Source: Thermodesulfobacteriota bacterium (lineage in GTDB: Bacteria; Desulfobacterota; Desulfobulbia; Desulfobulbales; SURF-16). Taken from it: DNA of 64,000 nt. Both the position numbers and the translations under genes were made by a program. The notes beneath the pieces were generated by a model, which saw nothing but the letters and a program-made list of their open reading frames with translations, did not search any database and had not been told where the DNA came from. Below are positions 39,438 to 49,045 of the stretch, one piece after another. The stretch's first letter is position 1; each line of letters begins with the position of its first letter. Location of the stretch: positions 32,001 to 96,000 of the forward strand of contig JBDLIE010000002.1 of NCBI GenBank assembly GCA_039715015.1, written 5' to 3'.

Positions 39438-41411
39438 TTAAAAATTTAACTTTAAACCCACCTCAGCATGTCTAGGAGAATTCTCAAAACGTTCTTGTAC
39501 GTACTGGCTTGAATTAAATAGATTTCGTACTACACCAAAAAGGGCTGCCCGGAATTTTTCTGTACTAAAAATTTCTTTATTCAAGCTGATATCCCAGAGA
39601 AAATTGTTCGTTTCCAGTGGTTCAGGAAGCTCGGTGAGAAGTTCGCCCCACTTCACATAATGTCCGGAAATCTCTGCCGTGAGAATGTCAGGATGATCAT
39701 AAATGAAAATAATATTTGCCGTACTTGAATGATCAGCTTGATCCTCTGGCCAGTCAGTATAAGTATAGGTAAAATTAGCCTGGAGGGAAAGGTGATAAAA
39801 AGCCTCAGTGCGCACTTCAAATTCAAATCCCTGACGTTGGCTACGATCACCATTCATCTTCCAAATGCTGTAATCAGGGGCAGTTACCCAGGTATTCTCG
39901 ACGTCATGATGAAACAAGGTTGTTTTGACGTGAAGATAGGGAATGTCCTTACTCTCTAAACCAATTTGGTAGGTCCAATTTTTTTCTGCGTCCAAATCAG
40001 GATTAACCACGGTAGGGCTGTATAAGGCATCACCCTCAAGATACCAGACCGGTGGTTTGCGAAAGCCTCGGGAAACGGACGCCCTCAGCAAACTAGCATC
40101 ACTAAGCTGGTATGTAACACCGAGTGAAGGGCTTATTAACTCATCGGAGACTGTGGAAATATGATCAAGGCGAACGCCTGGAGTAATTGTCCAATCATCA
40201 AATACAAAGGTTCCGTTTAGATAGTAGCCTGACACATCCTCAGCGAGGAGATCCATTTCGTAATAATCACCCATGGGGGCAAGGTGTGGATAAAAGAAAT
40301 CCCAGATGCTGCTATCTCTATACTTCCAAGTCATCTGAACCTCATTACGTTGATAGTCAATACCGGCTACCAAGGCATGTTTTCCCAAAAGATAGTCGAA
40401 TCGAAGAGCACCACCTGTACTCTCTTGATCATTAAAAAAATCCTCAATTAGAGTGATGGGTCGATGGGTGGTTTTTTGAAAAGCCCTATAGTCATTATCA
40501 AAACGAAAGATCTCAGCATGAAAATTAAGTCCTTCGGCAATGAGGGCGTCAAAACGAGCACTCATAAATGTATTTTTATCATGAAGTTCCTGGCTATAAC
40601 CCATGGGCGGGTTAACTGAGTAAGCCGTAAGCCACTTAACGTGCAAAAATTCCGGTTGTGAATAAAACCCTGAAACATCAAGGGTCATATCGGAGGCGAA
40701 GTCAAAATGAAACTTGCCGTAACCAGTTGTATTCTTGAAAAATCTATCCTCAAGGAGGCCGTCAGACTCCTGGTTTCCAGCATAGACATAATAACTTAGA
40801 GAAGAAACCTTTCCGGCCACTTCGGCAGTGATATCGTGGGTGTCTTTTTCTCCAAAGGAGGTCACCAAGTCAACCTGCGGAGTTTTTGACTTCCCTGGAT
40901 CCTTAGTAATAATATTAATAACTCCACCCAAAGCTGATCCCCAAGTGGATGAGGCAGCGCCCTTAATCACTTCAATTCTTTTGATAATCCGGACGGGAAC
41001 CATATTTACCCAGGCGACTTCTACAGAACTCTTATTCACCCTTACTCCGTCAAGAAGAACCGTCACATGTTCCCAGTCAGATCCCTGAATATAGATATAA
41101 GATGCTGTGTTGAAATCAAGCCCTCCGTAATCCACATAGACCCCGGCCACCCGGTTAAGAACATCGTCAACATTATGGGCGTTCATCCGCTCGATTTCTT
41201 CTGCGGTAATGATGGTGACATTCTCTGCCACCTGATTGATAGGTTTCCTGATGCGAGTGGCAGCTTCAACAACTTGCGACTCGTCAAAATAAAGATCGAG
41301 AAACTCGTCATCACCAGCCATCTCCGCTGCTTCCCCGGCAAGGACGGAATTTGGCACAATGAATAAACACGGTACTATTAAGATGAGCCCCAAAAACAAA
41401 AACTTGTGCAT
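39438..41411 (-). CDS. TonB-dependent receptor
   Basis: Signal peptide, plug motif IKRIEVIKGA..GGVINIIT and C-terminal Phe; start at ATG 41411 after GGGGA. Confidence 0.92.
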   Translation of the reverse strand: MHKFLFLGLILIVPCLFIVPNSVLAGEAAEMAGDDEFLDLYFDESQVVEAATRIRKPINQVAENVTIITAEEIERMNAHNVDDVLNRVAGVYVDYGGLDFNTASYIYIQGSDWEHVTVLLDGVRVNKSSVEVAWVNMVPVRIIKRIEVIKGAASSTWGSALGGVINIITKDPGKSKTPQVDLVTSFGEKDTHDITAEVAGKVSSLSYYVYAGNQESDGLLEDRFFKNTTGYGKFHFDFASDMTLDVSGFYSQPEFLHVKWLTAYSVNPPMGYSQELHDKNTFMSARFDALIAEGLNFHAEIFRFDNDYRAFQKTTHRPITLIEDFFNDQESTGGALRFDYLLGKHALVAGIDYQRNEVQMTWKYRDSSIWDFFYPHLAPMGDYYEMDLLAEDVSGYYLNGTFVFDDWTITPGVRLDHISTVSDELISPSLGVTYQLSDASLLRASVSRGFRKPPVWYLEGDALYSPTVVNPDLDAEKNWTYQIGLESKDIPYLHVKTTLFHHDVENTWVTAPDYSIWKMNGDRSQRQGFEFEVRTEAFYHLSLQANFTYTYTDWPEDQADHSSTANIIFIYDHPDILTAEISGHYVKWGELLTELPEPLETNNFLWDISLNKEIFSTEKFRAALFGVVRNLFNSSQYVQERFENSPRHAEVGLKLNF

Positions 41412-41825
41412 TACATCCCCCGACAATGCTTTAAAAAAAAATAGCCGCTCTCCTAAAAAAGGAAATTATGGCTCAAAAAACATTTAATTTTTTTAAAAAT
41501 GTTGCCCTGCAAAAAGGACTTCCGAAAAACTTTTTCCAAAATATTATATAAAACTTTAGAATCTTTTACCAATTCATTATTGAAACATCTAGTTTTGGAC
41601 AATCACTCTCTTTTGCAGTTAGGACACATATTTCATCTCTCAGATTTAAATGAATGAAAGCAACCATTCTTCCTGACAACAAATTGCAATTATTAATGTA
41701 AATATTCTTTGAATATACTAAGGTTAAAAGTATTGGTTTTCCTCTGATTATCAGGAAATCCTCTGAAAAGATTAATTTTTCGTATATTTTTTTGCGGCAT
41801 CTCTTTTTTAAAACAAGCAAACTAC

Positions 41826-42734
41826 ATGCTTAAACACTTCGTCCTGTCTATTTTCCTTATATTCTCGACGGCCTCCTATTCCTATGGCTTCGAGGTGGTT
41901 GCTGTGAAGTCCAGCACAGCCGAACCCTATAGCCTCGCTTTTGAATCCTTCAGCCGCACTTTCACCAGTGCCGTACCTACCCGTGGGCCTAAATCGATAA
42001 CACAGAACGCGATAATTACCCGCACCATTAATCAGGATGACACCCCTGACAGACTTGTGCGTCAAATCCGCAAAGAGAATCCTGACCTTCTAATTGCCTT
42101 TGGTTCAAAAGCATTACGATTTACTGCTTCCATCAAAGACATCCCTATTATTTACCTGCTGGTTCCGTCCCCAGACAAAATCATTAGAGATAGGAGCAAT
42201 GTCACAGGTGTTCTTCTTCAACCTGTGGCTGGCCTCGAATTTCGGGCCCTTCGCAAGATAGCCCCCGCTTTAAAAAGAATCGGCGTAGTCTACAACCCTG
42301 CCAAAAGCAAGGATCTCGTCAGGGAGACGATCAGCAACAATAAAGATCTCCATTACATGCTGCGTCCGGTTCAACAGCCTCAAGAGGTGGCCAAACAACT
42401 TGACACTCTAGCCTCGGAGGTCGATCTGGTTTGGATGCCACCCGACAGTACTGTTCTCACGCCTCACACTGAGCAGAGTTTTTACCTTTTTTCTCTGCAA
42501 AACGAGGTTCCTCTCCTTGCTTTTTCAGAGAAATATCTCAAAAAAGGGGCCAGTTTTGCTGTAAGTCTCGACCTCTCCAGCATGGGAGATATGGCGGCAG
42601 ACCTTGCCCTGCTCATAAAAAATGGCGCCAAGGCCGTCAACATCCCACCCATCCGGCCCCAACAGGTAAAACTTAAACAAAACAGCATTATCCTCAACAA
42701 GCTTGGTTTCCATATCCAGGAGGTCGGCCAATGA
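41826..42734 (+). CDS. Periplasmic ABC-type substrate-binding-like sensor protein
   Basis: Signal peptide, PDLLIAFG, RIGVVYNP and WMPPDSTV; no permease or ATPase nearby; overlaps the kinase gene. Confidence 0.8.
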   Translation: MLKHFVLSIFLIFSTASYSYGFEVVAVKSSTAEPYSLAFESFSRTFTSAVPTRGPKSITQNAIITRTINQDDTPDRLVRQIRKENPDLLIAFGSKALRFTASIKDIPIIYLLVPSPDKIIRDRSNVTGVLLQPVAGLEFRALRKIAPALKRIGVVYNPAKSKDLVRETISNNKDLHYMLRPVQQPQEVAKQLDTLASEVDLVWMPPDSTVLTPHTEQSFYLFSLQNEVPLLAFSEKYLKKGASFAVSLDLSSMGDMAADLALLIKNGAKAVNIPPIRPQQVKLKQNSIILNKLGFHIQEVGQ

Positions 42735-44494
42735 TCTTTGCAAAATTTATCAAACAGGTTCAGGCAAGCTATTCAGCCAAACTCATTTTGATTTTTATTG
42801 CCTCTATATGCCTGATGGGTACCATTCTTAACTTCACCTTTATCCGTATGCAGCAAGACTCCTACGCGACATACACACGCAACAGTGGTCTTTCCATGTC
42901 TCGACTGCTGGCCAAGTCTGTCCAGATCGACGTTTTCACCGAAAACAAAGAACAGTTAGCCATCCCTATGGACGCCCTTTTAAGCCAGGAAAATATTCTT
43001 AAGGTTGAAATATTTACCGACAAAGGTGAGTTGCTGGTTTCTCGAGCTTCAAGTGAGAGCTGTGAGATTCCTGACTTAAAAAAAACACTGGGCGATTTGC
43101 CGCAAAGCAAATCGTCCTTTAATGAGTGGCCCAATTGTTTTTCCTTCATATGGCCTGTTCTGACACTCCCTCAATATAAAAGCGAAGACTCCCTCTACTT
43201 TGATGAAGCCAGCGAACTCACTCCTGTGGACAATCATCCCCTGGGATACGTTTCCATCATCATGTCGAAACGTCAGTATCAGCAGGACATTCAGCAAATT
43301 TTTCTTAAAACCGGCCTCACTATTCTTTTCATTTTAGTACTCTTGGTCACCGGCATTCTTCTGCTTTTCAGAAAAATGACTCTGCCGTTAAAGAATCTGA
43401 TAGGGAAGATACAAAGAGAACGAAACATTGGCGAGGTACATGATGACATTGGCCTTCTTGACACCACAGTTACCAGCCTAGTTGACGAACTTGACCGTTC
43501 TTTTCAAACCATTAACGATCTAACCACAGGCCTGGAGGACAAGGTAACAGAACGCACCAAACAGCTTGCCATGGCCAATACTGAATTGACCAACCGTCAG
43601 GAGTATCTTGAAGAGTCAAACCTAAAACTTGAAAAGGCGATGAAGGAGCTTAAGGAAACAGAAGGCCAACTGATCCAGTCTGAAAAAATGGCGGCATTAG
43701 GTCAAGTTGTGGCAGGCGTTGCCCATGAGATCAACAACAATATCAACTTTATATCCGGGGCACTACCATCGCTGACCCGCGCCCTAAGTGACATTCAAAA
43801 ACTGACAAAAAAATTTGACGAGGCCTTTGTCCAGGCGTCCGGGGATGATGCTGAAAAAAAACAGCAGGAAGCAATCGCCCTAAAAAAAGAGCTTGAAGAG
43901 GATAATCTCTTCAACTCTCTGGATCAACTCATGGCAAACATTCGTGAAGGCGTCAACCGGACAACGAGCATCGTTTCTGAACTGCGTACTTTTTCTCGCT
44001 CTGACGAGCAGGGCTTCAAAAAGGTCGATCTCCACGATTCCATTAATTCAACCATCACCTTTCTGAACAAGAAATATCTTACAGATGTTGATATCCACAA
44101 AGATTATGGCACTATTCCGCCGGTAAGTTGCCGACCGGGCCGGATAAATCAGGTTTTTCTCAACATTATGAATAACGCCATACAGGCCATGGGGAAAAAG
44201 GGAGGCATCCTGACAATTAGCACTTTTCTTAATGGCGACGACGTACATATCCGTTTTACCGACACAGGGGCCGGAATAAACCAAGATACCCTTCCTAAAA
44301 TTTTCGACCCCTTTTTTACGAATAAAGACACAGGTGAAGGATCAGGCATTGGCCTTGCTGTGAGTTACAAAATTATCCAAGAGCACCAAGGCCGGATCGA
44401 CGTGCAGAGTAAAGAGGATAAAGGCAGCACCTTTGAAATCGTTCTACCGATGGAACACGTCGATGAGACGATCTCTGAGTCTAAGAACAGTTAA
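42731..44494 (+). CDS. Membrane sensor histidine kinase
   Basis: Two TMs, HAMP-like coiled coil, AHEINN, DTGAG, FDPFFT and GSGIGL. Confidence 0.93.
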   Translation: MIFAKFIKQVQASYSAKLILIFIASICLMGTILNFTFIRMQQDSYATYTRNSGLSMSRLLAKSVQIDVFTENKEQLAIPMDALLSQENILKVEIFTDKGELLVSRASSESCEIPDLKKTLGDLPQSKSSFNEWPNCFSFIWPVLTLPQYKSEDSLYFDEASELTPVDNHPLGYVSIIMSKRQYQQDIQQIFLKTGLTILFILVLLVTGILLLFRKMTLPLKNLIGKIQRERNIGEVHDDIGLLDTTVTSLVDELDRSFQTINDLTTGLEDKVTERTKQLAMANTELTNRQEYLEESNLKLEKAMKELKETEGQLIQSEKMAALGQVVAGVAHEINNNINFISGALPSLTRALSDIQKLTKKFDEAFVQASGDDAEKKQQEAIALKKELEEDNLFNSLDQLMANIREGVNRTTSIVSELRTFSRSDEQGFKKVDLHDSINSTITFLNKKYLTDVDIHKDYGTIPPVSCRPGRINQVFLNIMNNAIQAMGKKGGILTISTFLNGDDVHIRFTDTGAGINQDTLPKIFDPFFTNKDTGEGSGIGLAVSYKIIQEHQGRIDVQSKEDKGSTFEIVLPMEHVDETISESKNS

Positions 44495-44559
44495 AAAATA
44501 TTTTTTTACTTTAATGAGAGGTGAAGCACACCTCATTAAACATGTTGCGGGGTAAACTT

Positions 44560-46395
44560 ATGGATAAGCTGAAACTCCTTTATGTAGATGATGAAGAGGT
44601 GAATCTTTCCAATTTCAAAATGGCCATGAAACGCCATTTTTCGATTATCACAGCACTATCTGCCAAAGAGGCGCTCGACAGCTTTGCCGAACATGACGAC
44701 ATTGCTCTTGTGGTTGCCGACCAGAGAATGCCCGGAAAGACCGGTACCGAGCTCCTGGGAGAAATTCGTGAGCTCAATTCTGATACGGTTCGCATTATGC
44801 TCACAGCCTATAGCGATCCTGCAGATATCATGGAGGCCATTAACACCGGTGAGGTATACCATTATCTAACAAAACCATGGAAGGAAGAGATCCTTCTCGA
44901 CATCCTCAGCAAGGGCTCTGAAAAATATCGCCTGACCAAGGAAAACAAATCATTAGTTGAGCAACTGACTGTAAAGAATGAAGAACTTAAGCAAGAGTTG
45001 CAAACCAGTCGTCTCTTAAAAGACTCTCTTGTCAGACGTGATCTCATCCTGGCAGCTGTAAATGAGACGTCGCAAAAAATCATCAGCAGCTCCTATTGGC
45101 GCAAATTCACAGAACCTCTTATTGGGCGCCTAGGGCTTGTTATGGCGGTTTCCCGCGTTCACATATACAGCTTCCAAAAAGATTCTTTTGAGAAGCTTAC
45201 TGCCAATCAGGAATTTGAATGGAGCTCTGAGACAGCAGGCGCAGATAATGTTCCGCCTGTGCCCGAAATTTTCTCCTTCCCTGATGCTCAATTGGATCGC
45301 TGGCTCTCTCTACTCCAAAAAGGCGAATCTGTGGTGGACAACACTACGGACCTTCCCTCGCCTGAGACCTCCTTGCTCAATTCTCTAGGAATTATTTCAA
45401 TAGTCTGCACGCCCATTATGGTGGAGGACTCTTGCTGGGGCTTTCTCAGTCTTGAAGACTGCAGCACAGAACGGACCTGGCCGGAGCTTGAGGTTGCAGC
45501 TATAAAAAGCGCTGCAAGCCTCATTGGCGAAGCGGTTCACCGGCAAGAAATGAACATCGAACTTTCCGCCAAACAGGACCAGCTGGCCCATGCTGGAAGA
45601 CTCACCGCCATTGGCGAAATGGCAAAGGGTATGGCCCATGAAATCAACCTTCCAATGAGCCTAATCAGTCTTGGGGCAGACGAGCTGCATCAATATCTAA
45701 CCAAGAACATACCAGAATCCCCCTATATAAAAACAACCAAAGACATAAGCGGCCAGGTTTCAAAGGTGATGCGCATAATCGAACATATGCGTGTATTCTC
45801 AACACTGTCCAAAGAAAACATCACTGACATCAACCTTTTCTGGACAGTGAACAGCGCTCTCACCTTTTTCCGTGAGCAGTTCAGGGTTTCTCTCATCAAA
45901 CTACACGAGGAAACCACTGAGGCTGTATCGTATATCTCAACTGACAACCAGAAGGTTGAGCAGATACTGGTCAACCTTCTGGCCAATGCCCGTTATGCGG
46001 TGATAAAAAAATCTGAAGAAATTAAAAATTTCCCCATGGAGGTATGGGTCAGACTCTATCAACAAGAACTCACTGATGACATTCTAGAAAAAATTTCTGC
46101 TCAAGACAGAAAGGACGATCTCACAGCCGTTCTTGTTTTAGAAGTGGAAGATAATGGTATCGGTATGTCTGAAGAAACCATAAAACATTGCACAGAACCT
46201 TTTTTCTCCTCTAAAACTGTGGGTGAAGGTACTGGCCTGGGCCTCTCTGTCTCCAATTCCTTAATCAAGGAGCTCGGATTTCATCTTGAGATAGAATCTG
46301 CCTTGGGTGAGGGTTCTCTTTTCCGGCTCACAATCCCAGCCTACGAAGAATACCCAATGCTTCTCGACAACAACCAGGTTCAGTTTAAGGGATAA
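44560..46395 (+). CDS. Cytoplasmic REC-GAF-histidine kinase
   Basis: Receiver LLYVDDE..DQRMPG, GAF (SIVCTPI..WGFL), AHEINLP and GTGLGL. Confidence 0.92.
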   Translation: MDKLKLLYVDDEEVNLSNFKMAMKRHFSIITALSAKEALDSFAEHDDIALVVADQRMPGKTGTELLGEIRELNSDTVRIMLTAYSDPADIMEAINTGEVYHYLTKPWKEEILLDILSKGSEKYRLTKENKSLVEQLTVKNEELKQELQTSRLLKDSLVRRDLILAAVNETSQKIISSSYWRKFTEPLIGRLGLVMAVSRVHIYSFQKDSFEKLTANQEFEWSSETAGADNVPPVPEIFSFPDAQLDRWLSLLQKGESVVDNTTDLPSPETSLLNSLGIISIVCTPIMVEDSCWGFLSLEDCSTERTWPELEVAAIKSAASLIGEAVHRQEMNIELSAKQDQLAHAGRLTAIGEMAKGMAHEINLPMSLISLGADELHQYLTKNIPESPYIKTTKDISGQVSKVMRIIEHMRVFSTLSKENITDINLFWTVNSALTFFREQFRVSLIKLHEETTEAVSYISTDNQKVEQILVNLLANARYAVIKKSEEIKNFPMEVWVRLYQQELTDDILEKISAQDRKDDLTAVLVLEVEDNGIGMSEETIKHCTEPFFSSKTVGEGTGLGLSVSNSLIKELGFHLEIESALGEGSLFRLTIPAYEEYPMLLDNNQVQFKG

Positions 46396-46504
46396 AGCTT
46401 GGAAAAAATAGCCGGCAAGAGAAAAAAAACCTCGCGCTCTCTAACAAACTCTATTAGCATCTTATCATAGGTGCACACTACTCAACTGTAAGGAGCCGCC
46501 GCCC

Positions 46505-46888
46505 TTGATTTCAGCAAGAAACAATAAAGTCTTGATTGTTGATGACCAGCCACTTAACAGGCTTTTTCTTGCCGACCTTCTCAAGATGCATGAGATCAAT
46601 CCCACCGAAGCCACCAATGGCAACGAGGCTGTCCAGCAGTGGCTTAAAAATGATTATGCAGTCATTCTGATGGATATCAAAATGCCAGACCTAAATGGCA
46701 TTGATGCCACACGGATCATCCGACAGAAAGAAATGGAACAGGGTTTAGCCAAAACACCGATTATAGCTGTTACCGCTTACGGGACCAAAGAAACCCAGAA
46801 TGATTGCCGGAATGCCGGCATGGATGGCTATATCCCCAAGCCGGTTAATGTATCAGATCTCCTCGAAATGATAGAAAACCTTCATTGA
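46505..46888 (+). CDS. Single-domain response regulator
   Basis: LIVDD, LMDIKMP, AVTA and KP receiver motifs. Confidence 0.9.
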   Translation: MISARNNKVLIVDDQPLNRLFLADLLKMHEINPTEATNGNEAVQQWLKNDYAVILMDIKMPDLNGIDATRIIRQKEMEQGLAKTPIIAVTAYGTKETQNDCRNAGMDGYIPKPVNVSDLLEMIENLH

Positions 46889-47024
46889 TTTCTTTCTTCA
46901 TTTCTTCTTTCCCCCTCCTTTTTTTGACTCAGCCCATCGTTTCTTGAGCTCTCTCTACATTGAGCCCCAAACAAACAAGGCGCGATTTTTCACAAATTAC
47001 CACCTAGGCCGGAAGTTAATAATT

Positions 47025-47987
47025 TCAGTCGTTAGCTGGAAAATTTTCCGTCACTATACGCACCATATTGCTGCGAGGAAATTCCTTTTTCAAAAGAGAC
47101 TTCAAGTTCTTTTTAAGTTTCCCAACCCCAACCTCAAACTCATCCACCGAGAAACCCTTTTCCTTGATTAAAACCCGTTGCTGATCAAGCTTGACCAAGG
47201 TCAGAGAGCGGTCACGTTTATAGGTCAACAAAACAAGTGATCCTCCCTCATTAAGTTGAGACATTTTCTGGATTACAACAGGCACCACATTAGCAATATC
47301 CACCATTATTTCTTCACTCACACTGGTTAATGAATCACGCTCCAAAAGCGCTTGTTCTTCCATCTCAAAATCTGCTGCCATGCTCATTTGCTTTGAAGCT
47401 GCATCTTTACGTTTTCTTGGAGCTACAGACCTTACCTCTGGAGAAGCGGGCATTTCATTTTTCTTTGCCTCTTGCTGAAAGACAAGTGCCGGGGCCGGCA
47501 TTGGCTCTTCTTCAGTCACCAAACTTTTCCCTTGCTGCGGCGCTTCAACGATTGCATCTTCACTAGACATAGGCAACTGTGGGGTGTCCTCGGTAATTAT
47601 AGGAGAAGTTGCCTTATGCTCCACCGGAGGTGGCGGCGCAAGATTGATGTAGAGGAGAATACTAGCTGCCGCTGCAAGCAACGAACCTGCAGTGGCAAAA
47701 CTAAGTGCTCGCTTTGCAAGCCATGGGCCTTTAATGACCTTTCCTGAACCAGCAAAATTTTCCATACTTAAAAGACGCCACTCATCATAGCAGGATTGAC
47801 ATTCTGCCAAATGGGCAAGACAATGCTGTCTCTCCACCTCTGAGAGAGAGCCATCAACCAGCAATGCCATCTTGTCAGAAGTCAGACAGTTACCACTTTT
47901 AACGTCCTTGCTGGCTGCAAGCGCCGTCAGGGCTGTGGCCTTATTTGATTCTGTAAAAAGGTTGTCTTGCTTACTCACCAATCCCAC
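47025..47987 (-). CDS. Membrane-anchored zinc-binding (zf-HC2) anti-sigma factor
   Basis: HLAECQSC (HxxxCxxC) followed by one TM; downstream of the sigma-like gene. Confidence 0.75.
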   Translation of the reverse strand: MGLVSKQDNLFTESNKATALTALAASKDVKSGNCLTSDKMALLVDGSLSEVERQHCLAHLAECQSCYDEWRLLSMENFAGSGKVIKGPWLAKRALSFATAGSLLAAAASILLYINLAPPPPVEHKATSPIITEDTPQLPMSSEDAIVEAPQQGKSLVTEEEPMPAPALVFQQEAKKNEMPASPEVRSVAPRKRKDAASKQMSMAADFEMEEQALLERDSLTSVSEEIMVDIANVVPVVIQKMSQLNEGGSLVLLTYKRDRSLTLVKLDQQRVLIKEKGFSVDEFEVGVGKLKKNLKSLLKKEFPRSNMVRIVTENFPAND

Positions 47988-48041
47988 CTATATTTTTCAA
48001 TAATCCCATACTGCCATAGACGGACATATCAAACATCTTTG

Positions 48042-48899
48042 TCAACATTCTTGGTTTAATAACAACAGTAGTTCTTCCGCCAGCCCTGCATCAGTAAATG
48101 TTTTTTTGAGTCGTAATAAGAGGCGGCGCATCTTACCGTGGGCCTGATGAACTGTCAGTTTAAGGAGCTTGGCGGCCTGGGAAACAGAAAGCTCATCTTG
48201 AAAACAGAGCTTCAACAGCAACCTCTCCTCAGCGCTCATAGATATCGAAATATCCATTACTCCGCGAAAAGAGTCATTCATGGAAGGGGTAACAGGTTGG
48301 TCCTGGAGAAGGTTTTGGAAGATGATGGCAAAAAGAATACCCCGCTCCTTTTTTTCCAAGTCTGCCACTTGGCTTTCCTGACCCGGAGAAGGTTCACAGT
48401 CCATATCGCCATCGCTGGTAAGATCTTCCTTACCGCTATATTTCCCGCAGTCGGTTATTTCAGACAGGATACGCGAGGCTGCCTCTTCAGCATCAAAATG
48501 GACGTCGGGACCACACGTTTCCAGGCGGTTTAAAGCATCGGGCAAGGATTGGCGCTCTAGACACAAGAAACGATAGAGAACAAGCCACCAGCCTCCAAGC
48601 TTTGTGAGCCAAGAGGGAGGTCGCAATCGCCCAAATCGACTCCGACTGAAATCCTCAAAGAGGCGGCAGGTCACCGAACCGAGATAGCTCGAAAATCGGG
48701 CCCGGCCGGAAAACCCGGCAAGACGTTTACCATCGCCATCCTGCAATTTCTCCAGGGCATAGACCACAGCCTCCTCAGCCAGGCCAGGATCGTTAAAACG
48801 CCTGGCTGCCAAGCGATCAAGCAAGGCGAGATGGTCATGGATTTTCTCTACAAGTTTTTTCGACACAGACACATATCCAAGCCACAGGGCAACCTTCAT
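48042..48899 (-). CDS. Atypical ECF-type sigma-70 family factor
   Basis: Region 2-like AEEA..FSSYL..RLFEDF; region 4-like MSAEERLLLKL..LSVSQAAKLL; long linker between them. Confidence 0.72.
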   Translation of the reverse strand: MKVALWLGYVSVSKKLVEKIHDHLALLDRLAARRFNDPGLAEEAVVYALEKLQDGDGKRLAGFSGRARFSSYLGSVTCRLFEDFSRSRFGRLRPPSWLTKLGGWWLVLYRFLCLERQSLPDALNRLETCGPDVHFDAEEAASRILSEITDCGKYSGKEDLTSDGDMDCEPSPGQESQVADLEKKERGILFAIIFQNLLQDQPVTPSMNDSFRGVMDISISMSAEERLLLKLCFQDELSVSQAAKLLKLTVHQAHGKMRRLLLRLKKTFTDAGLAEELLLLLNQEC

Positions 48900-49045
48900 T
48901 CACAAACCAGAAACTCTCAAAACTTTACTCATTTGCTCGCAAAAACTCCAAGGCTGTTTTTTTCACGACAAAAGAGAATCAGCTGTCCGTCCCCTAAGAC
49001 AGATGATGTGGAAACTGACGTTAATTTCAACAAAAGGAGATTCAA

